Source: Zancudomyces culisetae HAW-14-8
Taxonomy: Eukaryota > Fungi > Kickxellomycota
Length of the DNA stretch: 64,000 bases
Direction: 5' to 3'
NCBI GenBank assembly: GCA_052426225.1
Contig: JBNJNM010000012.1
Coordinates: 496,001 to 560,000, forward strand
How positions within the stretch are numbered: position 1 is the stretch's first letter; every line of letters starts with the position of its first letter. A program made the position numbers and the translations under genes. The notes beneath the pieces are model-generated. The model saw only the letters and a list, made by a program, of their open reading frames with translations, was not told the DNA's origin and searched no databases. Positions 1 to 12,200 of the stretch are shown here, in pieces.

Positions 1-137
1 GCTGTTATACTACATTACAATATCAAACTAAATAATAAAAAGTTATTCGTGTATATTTAAATTGCTACTATTGGTAGTAGTTGAAGTTAAGTAAAACTTA
101 ATTCGCTAAGAAATAGTAATTAAATAATAAAAAGTGT

Positions 138-151
138 AAAAAAATTAAAAA
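138..151 (-). terminator. Pol III oligo-T terminator of tRNA-Tyr
   Basis: T5 and T7 runs on the minus strand, starting 3 nt after the tRNA 3' end. Confidence 0.75.
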
Positions 152-154
152 GTT

Positions 155-235
155 TCCGAGAACCCGGATTTGAACCAGGGACCTAGAGATAAAAGTTAAC
201 TACAGTCTCCCGCTCTACCGCTGAGCTATTCTCGG
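155..235 (-). tRNA. tRNA-Tyr(GTA) with a 9-nt intron (191-199)
   Basis: Minus strand reads CCGAGAATAGCTCAGCGGTAGAGCGGGAGACTGTAG[TTAACTTTT]ATCTCTAGGTCCCTGGTTCAAATCCGGGTTCTCGGA. Acceptor stem CCGAGAA/TTCTCGG, GTA anticodon, intron at the canonical 37/38 position, A and B boxes, A73. Confidence 0.95.
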
Positions 236-242
236 TTATGAT

Positions 243-661
243 TGTTAACTTTCGACCCTTTTCTGCTAGTAGTCGTAGTTATTCGTATTTAGTTGGTTTA
301 AAATTTAATAGAAAAGTTAATTATCTACTTGTTTTGTTCGAAACTCTAACTAACTATTAAGACTTGCTTATTATTTTGGTTATTATTCTTTATTTTTTAT
401 TGCTAAAAAGTTGTTATCCTAAAAGTTATTCTTCCAAACTATAAATAAAATTTATATATAAACTATTTTTTTTCCATCTATTTTGTTATCTCAATTTTTT
501 TGTGTTATCAATTTTTGTTTTGTAATTTCTTGGCTCATTAAAAAAACCCAAATTGTTAGGGAAAAAAGAGTCCAATTTTTCCACTAATTTTAATATAGTA
601 ATTTATCAGAATTGACTTTGTCAATTCGTATTTTTTATAATATATAATTAATTATGCAACA
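243..661 (-). repeat. 3' LTR of E1
   Basis: Direct repeat of 5141-5559; preceded by the PPT on the minus strand. Confidence 0.95.
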
Positions 662-3600
662 GAACCCCCATCCCAAATTGGACGTACAGGGTTTTTAAAA
701 CGCTGCAACTTCGATCTAAGCTGTGTAGTAACTTCAGGAACCATTCGATTACTATGGAAAAAACTTTTCAGTGAATCGCCATTCACAATGTCACGATTTC
801 CATCCGAATCTGCGATCAGGTAAGCACCTAAATTTAGTTTTTTCAACACTCGGTATGGACCTTCCCATACCTCCTGAAACTTGTCGGTAACGTGTTCAAT
901 CAGTTTTAAGACCATTTCGTCAACTTTGAAATTTACTAATCTTACTCTTCGGTCATATATTAACTTCATATTTTGCTTTGCTTTGACACTTTTTTGATAG
1001 CCTATGCTTCGTAGTTCGGGTATACTGGTGTTTATGGCTGCAATTCTTTCCTGGATGGCGAGATCTAAATCGCTGATTTCGGCCGGCGGAGACCATAACG
1101 CAGGCGTACTTAACTTTACTCCGTATAGTAGTTCGGCCGGGCTCATGCCTGTGCTTCTGTTTCTCATTGTCCTGATAACCAGTAGCGACTTCCATAAGTA
1201 AGAGTCCCAATTGTTTTTGTCTGCTTTGCATTGTCTTGCTAACGTATTTTTTAGGGTTTGGTTCAGGCGCTCGACCTGACCATTTGACTGCGGGCGATAC
1301 GGTGTGGATGGTGTATGTTTAATTCCGAGGTACTTATAAACTGTGTCTGCTGCTTCGCTGATAAAACCCGAGCCTCTATCAGTGATTATTTGATCGGGGG
1401 TACCGTAGTACTGAACTATGTGAGTTATTATAAAGTTAATTATAGTATCCGATTTTATATTTTCTACGGCCTCAGCTACAGGCCAGCGCGTAAAATAGTC
1501 AATGCCCGTGAGAATGTAACGGTTTCCTTGAGCAGATACTGGACTAATAGGGCCAACTGCATCTAGTCCAAAGATGCCAAAAGGTTTGTGGACGTATATC
1601 GGCTGAAGCTCGTTGTTCCTATTGCGATTTCCAATATATCTCTGACATACTAGACATTCTTTTACTACTTTTTTAACAGTTTTAAATAAATCGTTTCCTG
1701 TATACTTCTCTGCGATTCTCCTCCACGTATTCTCGATTCCTTGATGAGACTCGTCATGAATCTCTTTAACCTTTTCAGTTATGTTATTTCTTAATAAAAC
1801 TTCCTTCCAAACTTCCTTACATAATTTGAATAATTTGTTGTTGATAAGCTTGAATTTTTTAGATAAATAATTAATCTTTTTCTTTGACACTTCGTCGCTT
1901 TGCTCTGGGTACCTATTATTTAGTAAATATTCTAAAATAGTTTCGTTAGATATTTTTGTTACAGAAAATACATCTATAACTTCCTCAACCGATGTAGTAG
2001 GTTCTAATCTTGATAGGGCATCAGCGGGGTTTGACTTTCCTTTGCAATGGACAATTGTATAGTCATAATTTCGAAGAATCATAGCCCACCTGGCTACTCT
2101 TCCGGCTATATCTTTTCCATTGAACAAATTCAGTAAAGCTTTATGGTCCGTACGTATAGTGAAATGGCGTCCCCACAGGTAATGTTTGAATTTTTTTACG
2201 CCCCAAATTACAGCTAAACCCTCGAGATGGGTAATAGAGTAATTTCTCTCATGCTTGTTTGTGGTTTTACTAGCAAAACAAATAGGTCTCTCGCCAAGTT
2301 CCGAAGATTGTGAAAGTATAGCACCAACGCCTTCAATTGAAGCGTCAGTGGTAAGTATAAACTCTGAATCCCAATTTGGATGAGCTAATGTGGGGTGCGG
2401 TACAAAGGCTTTGTTTTAATAAATTAACTGCATTTTCTTGTTCAATAGACCATTTCCAAGTGTTTTCTTTCCTAAGTAGTTTGACTAAAGGCGCGGAAAT
2501 CAATGCATAACGGTCCACGAATTTGCGATAATACCCGACTAGACCGAGAAAAAGATTGTAGTTCCTTGACGTTATTAGGTACCTTTGCTTCTGTAATTGC
2601 TTTTATTTTATCATTTGTAGTACCAATTCCCTCAGAAGACACGGTATGTCCCAAGTAACACAATTTATTCATTCCTAATAAACACTTATCACTATGCAGT
2701 TGAATTTTATGTTGTCTAAGTAGCTCAAATACCTTTTTTAAATCCTCCACATGCTGCTCAACTGACTGAGAGTAAATAATAATGTCGTCAATAAAAACGA
2801 CTGCGATCTTCCAAAGTACTGGCGAAAGGGCTTTCTCCATAAGTCGTTGAAAAGAGGCCGGGCTGTTTGTCAGCCCAAACGGCATGACATTGTAGCAGTA
2901 GCTACCGCCTCCAGGGATTGTTGCAAACGCGGTTTTTAATCTGTCTTTGGCTGCCATTCTTATTTGCCAAACCCAGATAGCGCGTCTAAGCTGGTAAATA
3001 TTTTGCTTCCGGCAAGCGACATAAATATATCATCTATAGTAGGTAACGGATAACAATCCTTTTTGGTTACCTGGTTCAGCTTCCTATAATCTGCACATAT
3101 CCTTAACCTGCCATTCTTTTATAAACTGTTACGACTGGCGAACACCACTCTGAATAACACGGTGAAATTATTCCTTTATTCTCCATTTCAATTAACTCAT
3201 TTCTAACCTTTTCTTGCATATGATAGGGAATTCTGTATGGGCGCTGCTTGATCGGTGTATGATCTGTTAGTTCAATACTATGCTCTGTGAGATTAGTTTG
3301 GGTAAGCTCCCCTATGTCTTCAACAAAGATATCAGCATATTGCTCTCGTAGTTTGATAAACCTTTCATTCTCGATTTGCTTGTTATCACTTTCAACACCA
3401 TTTTCACTCTTCACCATAAAATATAGCTCAGTTTCTTGTGGCCAGTAAGTCGTATCTTCTGCAAGTATTTTCATTGGTATAACTAATATTTCTGAATGTG
3501 TGTGTATCTTTAGTTCTCTGCTTCTTGGATCTATAATCCCGTGGTGCCTATACAACCAATCTGTGCCGAGAATTAAAGTACTTCCTTTGCGATTCATAAC

Positions 3601-5070
3601 TATGAGCTCTGCTTCTAGTAAGTGATTTCCTATAGTTATAGGTACTTTGTCATAACACCTTCAGTGAGATGTTTGTTCCATCAGCTGTTACCAACACTTG
3701 TCTGTGCCAACCCTCTGGTTCTATGCCCCACTGCTCAACCATGCTTGGTGTAGTTACAGAACAAGCGGCTCCAGAGTCAACAACAGCCCAATAGTTTTTG
3801 TTGAATACCGTGACCATGACCCGGCAGTTGCTGATTTTTTGTGGTAATATCCTGATTTCATTTACTTCTTGTTTTTTTATTTTTTAGAAAGACTATTAAA
3901 CTCTGTTGCTATGGTAGGAGAAACGGCTATTAACTGAGGTAGACTAATCTTTGGATAAAACTGGTTAAATTCAGATTGTAGATTGAATGGCTCGACGTTT
4001 TCGATAATGCGCTGGATGGTTTTCTGTTTTTTATTCACTATAGTGACTTCAGGTGTAACTTCCATATCCATGTCCACAACATTATCTGTTATAGTTGCCT
4101 CAGGTTTTATAATAACAGGTTTCATCTTTCTAACTGGTTTATTATCACTTATATATGGCTTACTGATATTTGATTTAGCTTTTTGCCTTTGCACTAAGTA
4201 AACATCATTATCTGGCGTGTCATCAGTGTCAATATCCGTGTCATCGACTGGTAGTAACTCAATAGTGCTGATTTCTTTTTTACTTTGTACCTCATCTGTT
4301 TTGGTAGTTCCAATCTTTGTACACTGACTCTTGTAGTGTCCTGTTGTTCTACAGATAGAACAGTACGGTGGCCTTTGATAACGCTGTTGCATACTTTTAC
4401 TTATAGCAATGTCAATTTTCTTTTCAACAACCTCTTCGACTTTTGAAAGTAAGTTTATACTCCATTCTTCCATCTTGGATATCATCTCATCATAACCAAT
4501 CTTTTGATCAGTCATTTCTTTTATTGGTTTGCCAGGTCCGGTTAGTCTGTAAGATTTTGATGTAGATGAATTTGTCTCTGCGATGTCTGTAGAATTGTAA
4601 CTAGGGGTATCTATATCCAGATTTATGGCATTTATGATAGTATCCCACTCTTGATAATTTGATTCTAGGACTCTTGCTTTATATTTTGGACTCAATGCAC
4701 TGATTAACCAATTGACCTTATGTTTGTCATCTGTTATACCAGATTTTTGTAGAGCTATTTCTAAAGCATACTCAAATTCGTCAACAGAATTGTAACCTGA
4801 CTGACAAATGCTTTTTAGTGTCTCGATTGACTGATGAGCTTTGATTTTATTTATGAACTTTTTATTGAATGAAGAAACGACAGAATTCCAATCGGTGAAT
4901 GTACTCTTTTGCCTAATATACCAAATCTTTTCACGGTTACCTAGATGTGCAGGTAAATATTTTATTAGATCTTCGTCAGACCAATTTCTGAGTCTGGCAC
5001 TCAAACTGTACGAATCAATCCAATCTTCTGGGTTGTCAATTTCTGAGTTAAACTTTTCAACTAGTGTCAT
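652..5070 (-). CDS. E1 Gag-Pol polyprotein, split here by about seven 1-nt homopolymer indels
   Basis: CCHC knuckle CSICRTTGHYKSQC, protease VDSGA, RT FIDDII, RNase H TTDAS, integrase HHCC with FGLDAVGP/TDRG/QSNGQVERLN, and GPY. Collinear with the intact 1494-aa ORF of E4. Confidence 0.85.
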
Positions 5071-5140
5071 GTTTGATTTAAAGGTGTTTATTTAATATTT
5101 TAGCTATAAAACGGACTCCAAGTCCTGGCTGGATCACCAC

Positions 5141-5559
5141 TGTTAACTTTCGACCCTTTTCTGCTAGTAGTCGTAGTTATTCGTATTTAGTTGGTTTAAA
5201 ATTTAATAGAAAAGTTAATTATCTACTTGTTTTGTTCGAAACTCTAACTAACTATTAAGACTTGCTTATTATTTTGGTTATTATTCTTTATTTTTTATTG
5301 CTAAAAAGTTGTTATCCTAAAAGTTATTCTTCCAAACTATAAATAAAATTTATATATAAACTATTTTTTTTCCATCTATTTTGTTATCTCAATTTTTTTG
5401 TGTTATCAATTTTTGTTTTGTAATTTCTTGGCTCATTAAAAAAACCCAAATTGTTAGGGAAAAAAGAGTCCAATTTTTCCACTAATTTTAATATAGTAAT
5501 TTATCAGAATTGACTTTGTCAATTCGTATTTTTTATAATATATAATTAATTATGCAACA
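5141..5559 (-). repeat. 5' LTR of E1
   Basis: Followed on the minus strand by the PBS. Confidence 0.95.
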
Positions 5560-5564
5560 TGATT

Positions 5565-5787
5565 TGTTGTATAATTACATGTTTAACTTCCTACTGAGTA
5601 ATATAATTACCCAGTATTATACAGGACGGGACTTTTATTATTATATATTAGGTCTATAATTATTGTGGGAGAAAAAGACAATTTATTAATTAATTCAAAA
5701 CTAGACTATTTAATGCATAAAATTTTACTATTTAAATTAACCAATATAATACAAGGAAAGACAGGTATATATTTCTACTATATAACA
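5565..5787. repeat. Probable solo LTR (family a)
   Basis: TGTTGTATA...TATATAACA inverted termini, packed between other LTRs. No clean TSD. Confidence 0.55.
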
Positions 5788-5789
5788 TT

Positions 5790-6164
5790 TGTCGTGAATT
5801 TTAATCACCACAATTTATAATTTTTTCCCACTGGGTTTTTAATAAATTGCTAAGATGGTTAGATTAAATTCACGATACATTCCCGTATATCCGCATGACA
5901 AAGCATTTAAGATGGATCGACAATTGAGAAAATCATCCCCAACACGTTTATAAATTTTAATGACTGGATTTACAATTTTAGCTTATGTTTCATTTACTTG
6001 TTTCAGATTATTATTATTTCACATGTTATCATAAAATTTCTATGATTAAAATATTTTATTAGGATTTTAATTTTTACAGAATTTATATATAAGGTTTAGT
6101 ATTTCTAAAATAAAACAACATCAGTTCTCAAATACAGATTTACTTATACTATATTTATACGACA
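5790..6164 (+). repeat. Solo LTR (family b)
   Basis: TGTCGT...ACGACA termini. Second copy at 28213-28586. Contains the TTTTTTCCCACTGGGTTTTT LTR motif. Confidence 0.8.
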
Positions 6165-6167
6165 TGT

Positions 6168-6855
6168 TGTTGTAATTTTAGATTGCAGAAAATTTCTCAG
6201 GAAATTTCCGCAACTAAACCTACAAAAAGTTCTGCTAATAGAGGGGGATTGTTACTTGAATAAGTTTTACTTTATTTAACCAGTCAACCCTACCTTTTTA
6301 GCTTATATTTAATTTAGTTTTATGTATTTATTACTTCAATAAATGCGATAAAACTGGGTAAAATTACGCCCAACTCCTAAAATTTGGTGTGCAAAACAAT
6401 TAATTTTGGTCCAAAAATTAGACTCTGATACCTTTCTGATACCCTTTGAAAATTGTGTTACGCTTCACTACCTATGTTTTTTTTTGGTTTTAGGTAGGTT
6501 TTTGCTCAAATCACAAATTTCAATTTTATAGAGTAAAATCAAGTATTTTAGAGCTAATTTGTATTTTATTTAATGAATAACTTTTAAAAATAAAAATGAT
6601 AAAACCACCAAACTTGTGGTGGGGTTACTAGTAATATACTAGTACCTGACTAGCTATTTTATTAGAACTTTATATAATAGAAATTAAAATAAAACAATTA
6701 AAACTGAATATTTCTCCAACATTTGGGTAATTTATTACCCAAGAAATCCCAGATTTCTTGCTCGAACACCCGAGATAACGGTGGTTATTCGGTGTTTGAG
6801 AAGCTGTATGCTGTTCATCCAATAGTTTAGCTTGGGTAGAACTAAGCATACAACA
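6168..6855. repeat. Probable solo LTR (family c)
   Basis: TGTTGTA...TACAACA perfect terminal inverted repeat. Could be two fused units. Confidence 0.55.
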
Positions 6856-7215
6856 TGTTGTGTCGTAGTATTCAAAACCCTGAGAGTTCTCAATACTAGT
6901 CTCTGCACGTGACATACCGGTTCGGGTATAATCACTGGATATCGATGCACTGCTACCCCGTAGCGTGATGTGCATCAAGGGAGGCTCAGTTGAGCTATTA
7001 TCCCTATACAATGTCGGTGAGATAGTACTCACGGACATTGACTCCGGGCTTCTACGGATTCGAAGTTGACGAACACTTTCCGTCAACTCCCCAAGTGTTC
7101 GGGGGCTTAACACCCCTGTCTCTTGGTCCATGCTACTGCCCCTGGTGCTGTTTGATGAGATGGAAGAATCTCTCCTAGATTCATTCGCACCTGTACCAAA
7201 AAGATAGTTGATCAT
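6670..7215 (-). CDS. Ser-rich small protein of unit A (unknown function); the ORF runs out of the unit at 6861
   Basis: Conserved core SSMDQETGVLSPRTLGELTESVRQLRIRRSP. Versus copy B: 15 synonymous and 2 non-synonymous codon differences over 38 codons. Confidence 0.7.
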   Translation of the reverse strand: MINYLFGTGANESRRDSSISSNSTRGSSMDQETGVLSPRTLGELTESVRQLRIRRSPESMSVSTISPTLYRDNSSTEPPLMHITLRGSSASISSDYTRTGMSRAETSIENSQGFEYYDTTCCMLSSTQAKLLDEQHTASQTPNNHRYLGCSSKKSGISWVINYPNVGEIFSFNCFILISII

Positions 7216-7632
7216 TTATTTTTTATTTTACTTTTGTTTTTGCTGTTTAAAAATCTTTATTTAGATAATCTTTATTACTAATCCGTATGGTAGGACATGG
7301 ATGATGGTTTCTTTTCCACCATGTATCCTTTAAATATAAACTATAAAATCATTTTGTTCTCTAAATAGACTATAAACATGATAAGGTATAACTAATAAAG
7401 TAATATTTAGGTTTGATAATATTGATGTAGTATGAACATGTATGTGAACATTTCTCATACTACATTCATCATTATTGAATGGACGCAGTATGAAGAATTA
7501 ATTTCATGCTGAGTCCATTAATTTTCATTTTCATAATTTTTTAAATTATGTCCAGTTTTAATTCAAACTATTAAAATATGGAAATGTATATCCATGCATT
7601 AGTAGTAGTTTAATAGTTTTACTCATTCGACA
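6861..7632 (-). mobile_element. Structured ORF-bearing TGTCG...CGACA unit, copy A
   Basis: Terminal inverted repeats TGTCG/CGACA. Perfect 4-bp TSD GTTG (6857-6860, 7633-7636). Homologous to five other copies. Confidence 0.85.
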
Positions 7633-7636
7633 GTTG

Positions 7637-8092
7637 TGTTAGCGAATTCCAGGTTCCACTTCGCTATTGTGTAAAAAATATATTTATTTGATAGAAAAAC
7701 TATACTATGTACTAATGTTGTTAAGTTTTCACTATAGTAACTATAACTTTAATAAATAGACCAAACTTGTATTTTACGTGTTTATTTGATGATGTTTAAA
7801 CTATTTGAATAACTATCATATTTATACTTTTTTAAAACAACTATTAAACTTAAAACCTAAATATATTTTAAACTTAAAACTATACAAATTAAAATAATAA
7901 TCTAGAATGTTGCTGTAGAAAAAATCCAGAAGGATAAAAAAAACTAGGCAACACATAATATACTAAATAACCTATAATAAATATTAACTTATATTAAGAG
8001 ATAAACCTAAATATTAATAAATAGAAATAAATATGTAATTGGTAAGTTATTATTATATAATGTCTAGAGGTAGCTCTAGCCACTATATAACA
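7637..8092 (-). repeat. Solo LTR of the E3 family
   Basis: 456-bp reverse complement of 15420-15875; flanked by GTTG on both sides. Confidence 0.92.
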
Positions 8093-8094
8093 GT

Positions 8095-8426
8095 TGTTAT
8101 AGAATTTCATAATTCTATGATTATTTAATATTCTTATTGTATTATATGTTTATTACTAAGTATATTATTTTAGTATTATTGTTCTTTTTAATACTATATA
8201 TGTTTAACTTAATATTTTGTTAAGATGTGTTTTTAATTAATTCAAAGTGGGCGGTTGCTTTAACCCCCAGATAATAATATAATTAATGAGGAAATATAAT
8301 GTAAATAACTAACTAAACTATTGGACAAAAACCACAGGGGGAAAAAAGGTCCAATCTCAAAACTATTAACTAAAAACCTAATGAATAAATAAAGCTAATT
8401 ATATAAAATCGTATCTTTATACGACA
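8095..8426 (-). repeat. Solo LTR (family x)
   Basis: TG...CA termini. Inverted copy at 15086-15417. Contains the ATTGGAC...GTCCAAT LTR motif. Confidence 0.85.
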
Positions 8427-8427
8427 A

Positions 8428-9193
8428 TGTCGCATTATTAACAATTTGTACAATACCACGTGGATGTGCCTGAAAATGGTACACTCAGTGCGAAAATGCA
8501 AATTCATTTTTTGTTTACTTTTTTAAATAAATTCAAATAATTTTGAGCTCATTATGCAATCAATTTTTCATACTGTGCTAGTTCAATAATGATGAATGTA
8601 AAACGTAAAATGATCCCATGCATTTTACATTTAACATTAATAACAAACAAATTATTAATAATATTATAACAATAGTCATATTTTGGTATATAGTTTATAT
8701 ATAGTGGTTTAAAATTTGAATAATATATTTAAGGAGACGTATGGATGACATATGAAAACATCATCCATGTCTCGATACGGAATACTATAATAAAATAATT
8801 AAATAAAATCAAATATAAACCAAAAGATAAATTAGCAATAATGTTTTTAAACAGTTGGATTGGAACCGAATGTGACTCCAGGAGGGAGTCACACACTTCT
8901 ACCAGCATGAGCAGGGGCAGCAGCATGGATCAGGATGCAGGGGTATTAAGTCCCCGCACCCTTGGTGAGTTGACAGAAAGTGTCCGTCAACTCCAGATCC
9001 GTAGGAGCCCGGAAGAAATGTCGGTGAGTACAATTTCACCGACACTGTACAGGGGTATTAGCTCACCCGAGCACCCCTCGATGCACATTGCATTACGCAA
9101 TAGAAGTGCATCAACCATCAGTGATCGTACCAGAACCGGTATAACACGTGATGGTAGCGCTAATGGAAGTAGTGATACTTCACATTATGCGAC
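8428..9193 (+). mobile_element. Structured ORF-bearing unit, copy B; terminal A displaced to 14313 by the E2 insertion
   Basis: Starts TGTCGC and ends GCGAC|[E2]|CGACA. Inverted near-identical copy at 14318-15084. Confidence 0.85.
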
Positions 9194-9230
9194 TGTGGTA
9201 GGAATTATTACTACCAACGTTTTTGCTTAA
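8841..9230 (+). CDS. Ser-rich small protein of unit B; reads into the E2 3' LTR
   Basis: Conserved core GSSMDQDAGVLSPRTLGELTESVRQLQIRRSP; A-rich ATG context. Confidence 0.7.
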   Translation: MFLNSWIGTECDSRRESHTSTSMSRGSSMDQDAGVLSPRTLGELTESVRQLQIRRSPEEMSVSTISPTLYRGISSPEHPSMHIALRNRSASTISDRTRTGITRDGSANGSSDTSHYATVVGIITTNVFA

Positions 9231-12200
9231 TTGTAGTTTTTAATATTCTTATACTTGTTATTGTATAAGGGTACTTTCAAAATATATACTAGTATCTATT
9301 ATGTTTAGATTTATTTATTGTAAAGGACAAAGAATTTTATAATACTGAATTAAACTATTTTAAATAAAACTAAAATAGATTAAGAAATAAATTGATAACG
9401 ATTAGAACTACAACCTATCATATTCCCAAAAAACCACAAGGGGAAAAAATGGATTAGTCGGATTGTAATATCCAATAATTCATACGACAGGTCCCCCCCC
9501 TTAGTTCTGAGTGCCCCATGAAGCAACTGACGGCTGTCGAAATTGTCTTAGTGTTGGTCTTAGTCTCGCTGTTTGTATTTCTGGTATCATATTTCTATGC
9601 TCATGATACTTTTTAAGTCTGTCCCCGTTTACAACATCTCTATTTCTTTGGTCGTCTGCTATTGTATAAGTACCATTTCCGTGTACTCGTATGATGGTGT
9701 ACGGACCCTCCCACTTGGGATCGAACTTTGAACTCGTTTGTTCCACATGCTTTAAAACTTTGTCCCCATTTCCGAAACTCGCCAGTCGCACCGTTTTATC
9801 ATAGACTCCTTTTTCGTAAATCTTGTTTTTTACCATTGATTCAAATCCTGTTAGGCGAATATCCGGAAGATCCACGCTGATATGTTCTATTCTTTCTTTT
9901 ACGGCCTCCTCAAAGTCATCGACTTCTGTAGCTGGTTTCCATGATATTGGTGTGTTCAACTCGACACCATAAAGTAATTCTGATGGACTAAAGCCTGTAT
10001 TACGATTTTTCATTGTTCTTAAAGTTAACAGCAACTTCCAAATATAGTTATCCCAGTTCGCTTTGTCATGTTGACAAAGTTTTGATAGTAGATTTTTTAT
10101 ATTTTGGTTAAACCGTTCTACCTGACCGTTAGTTTGCGGTCGGTATGCGGTAGTGGGTGTGTGGTGAATATTTAAAAATTTATAGAAGTCGGTTGAGATG
10201 TCGCTCAGAAAATTAAATCCACGGTCTGTTATCAGTTGTGTTTGTACACCATAATACTGAACTACATCATATATCAAAAAGTTAATAACCGTTTCAGTGT
10301 TTATATTACTTACTGCTCTACAGATAGGCCATTTAGTTAGGTAATCTACGGCTGACAATATGTATCGGTTTCCATTATTAGAAATAGGGCTTATTGGACC
10401 AACCGCGTCTAGTCCCAGTATTTCAAACGGTTTTCTTGCCAGTATTGGAATAAGATTTGTTTTCCTTGTAACACTTTTTTGTATCGTTGGCAAAGGTCAC
10501 AGCTCTCCACAATCCTTTTTACAACTTGCAATAAATTTGGTCCTGTATACAATCTTTTTTTTCTCTCAAATGTATTATTTATTCCTTCATGTCTCTCCAA
10601 GTGTATCGCTTTTACTTTTTCTTCAGCATTTACCTCGGTTAATACTTCCCGCATACCGAACTTAGCTGAGTTTCTATGTAGTCTATCTTCATGCAGTCTG
10701 TACTTTAATGCCTTGTTTCTGAGCTTTTTCCTAAAGTCATCGTCCGCTCCTGATGGATAATTACCTGTTTCCAAATAGTGTTTTATAGCTTGATAATATA
10801 GGTTATCCATTGTGAATATATCAACTTCAACTTCACCTTCTCTAATGCCTTCATTTGTTTTTTCAACATTTTCATCTCTAGAAAGATAGTCTGAAGGATT
10901 ACTTCTCCCTGGTCTATGTCTGATTATGTAGTCATACTCGGACAAAATAATACTCCATCTGGCCAACCTTCCATTTAAGTATTTTGAGTCAAAAATTCTT
11001 ACCAACGCAGAATGGTCGGTTACTATGTCGAATTGTCTACCCCATAAATAGTTTCTAAATTTAGTTACTCCCCAAACCACTCCTAGTCCTTCCAAGTGGG
11101 TTGATGAATAATTTTTCTCTGCTGGACTTAATGATCTGCTTGCAAATTCGATGGGATGGTCTTGACTATTGATTTTTTGAGAGAGGATGGCACCTATTCC
11201 ATTTTTTGAAGCGTCAGTTGTCAACACGAATCGCTCCTCCCAGTTTGGAAAAATCAATACTGGAGCTTTTATTATTGAGTTTTTTAAGTATTCGGCTGCT
11301 TCGCTACACTCAGGCGTCCAGTTATATCTGGTATCTTTTTTTAACAGTTGATGTAATGGCTTAGCTTGTTGCGCATAGTTCTGAACAAACTTCCTATAAT
11401 ACCCGGTTAGGCCTAAAAATGACTGAAGCTCCTTGATAGACTTTGGATGTTCCAAATTCCTAACTGCTTTTACCTTTGACTCGCTTGTTCTTAATCCTTC
11501 TACACTGATAATGTGTCCTAAATATTCTAATCTGGTTTTTCCAAATGAACACTTATCTCTATGAAGTTTTATATTATTGTCTCTAAGTAATCTGAACACC
11601 TCCTCTAAATCTTTTGTATGTTGTAATTTGGACTTTGAGTATATTATAATATCATCAATAAATACTAAAGCTGATTTCCATAGTACTGATGATAATACCC
11701 TTTCCATCAGTCTTTGAAAAGTTGCAGGACTATTACAAAGACCGAAGGGCATGACATTATAACAAAACATGCCCCCTCCTGGGATCGCAAAAGCTGTTTT
11801 TGGCTTATCTGAGTCCTTCATCCTCACCTGCCAGAAACCGCTTAATGCGTCCAGCGTACTAAATATCTTTGCTCCAGCAACCGCAGTAAATATCTCTTCG
11901 ATTACTGGTAGTGCATACTGATCCTTCTTAGTGACCGCATTCAACTTACGGTAGTCTGAGCATAGTCGAATCTTCCCATTCTTTTTCCAGACCGCCACTA
12001 CTGGCGCGCACCAATCAGAAACACAAGGAGTTATAATACCTTGTTCTTCCATTTTGTTTATCTCCTCTGTTAGTTTTTCTCTCATGTAGTGAGGTACTCG
12101 ATATGGCTTAGATTTAACAGGTTTTGCTTCGCCAGTATCTATTTCATGAAGTATCCTGTCTGTCTGTGTTAGCTCTGACAATTCTGTTGCCATAAGATCG

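Larger units (their letters stand above)
243..5559 (-). mobile_element. Full-length Ty3/gypsy LTR retrotransposon E1
   Basis: Apparently identical 419-bp TG...CA LTRs (243-661, 5141-5559). 4-bp TSD TGAT (239-242, 5560-5563). PBS TGGTGATCCAGCCAGGAC (5139-5122). PPT GGGATGGGGGTTC. Domain order gag-PR-RT-RH-IN. Confidence 0.96.

Noticed and set aside
3869-3890. Programmed gag/pol frameshift in E1
   Set aside because: The homologous E4 is a single ORF here, and the break is one missing A in a homopolymer like the other E1 breaks.
8586-8600. C/D-box snoRNA from ATGATGA in the unit 5' half
   Set aside because: The box C sequence is not conserved in copies C, D and E, and there is no matching D box with a terminal stem.
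8735-8775. Hammerhead ribozyme (retrozyme) reading of GGATGA...GAAA...GTC in the unit's TATA-proximal hairpin
   Set aside because: The catalytic CUGANGA core is absent (TGGATGA/AGGATGA) and the pattern is not kept in copies A and C. A simple hairpin explains it.
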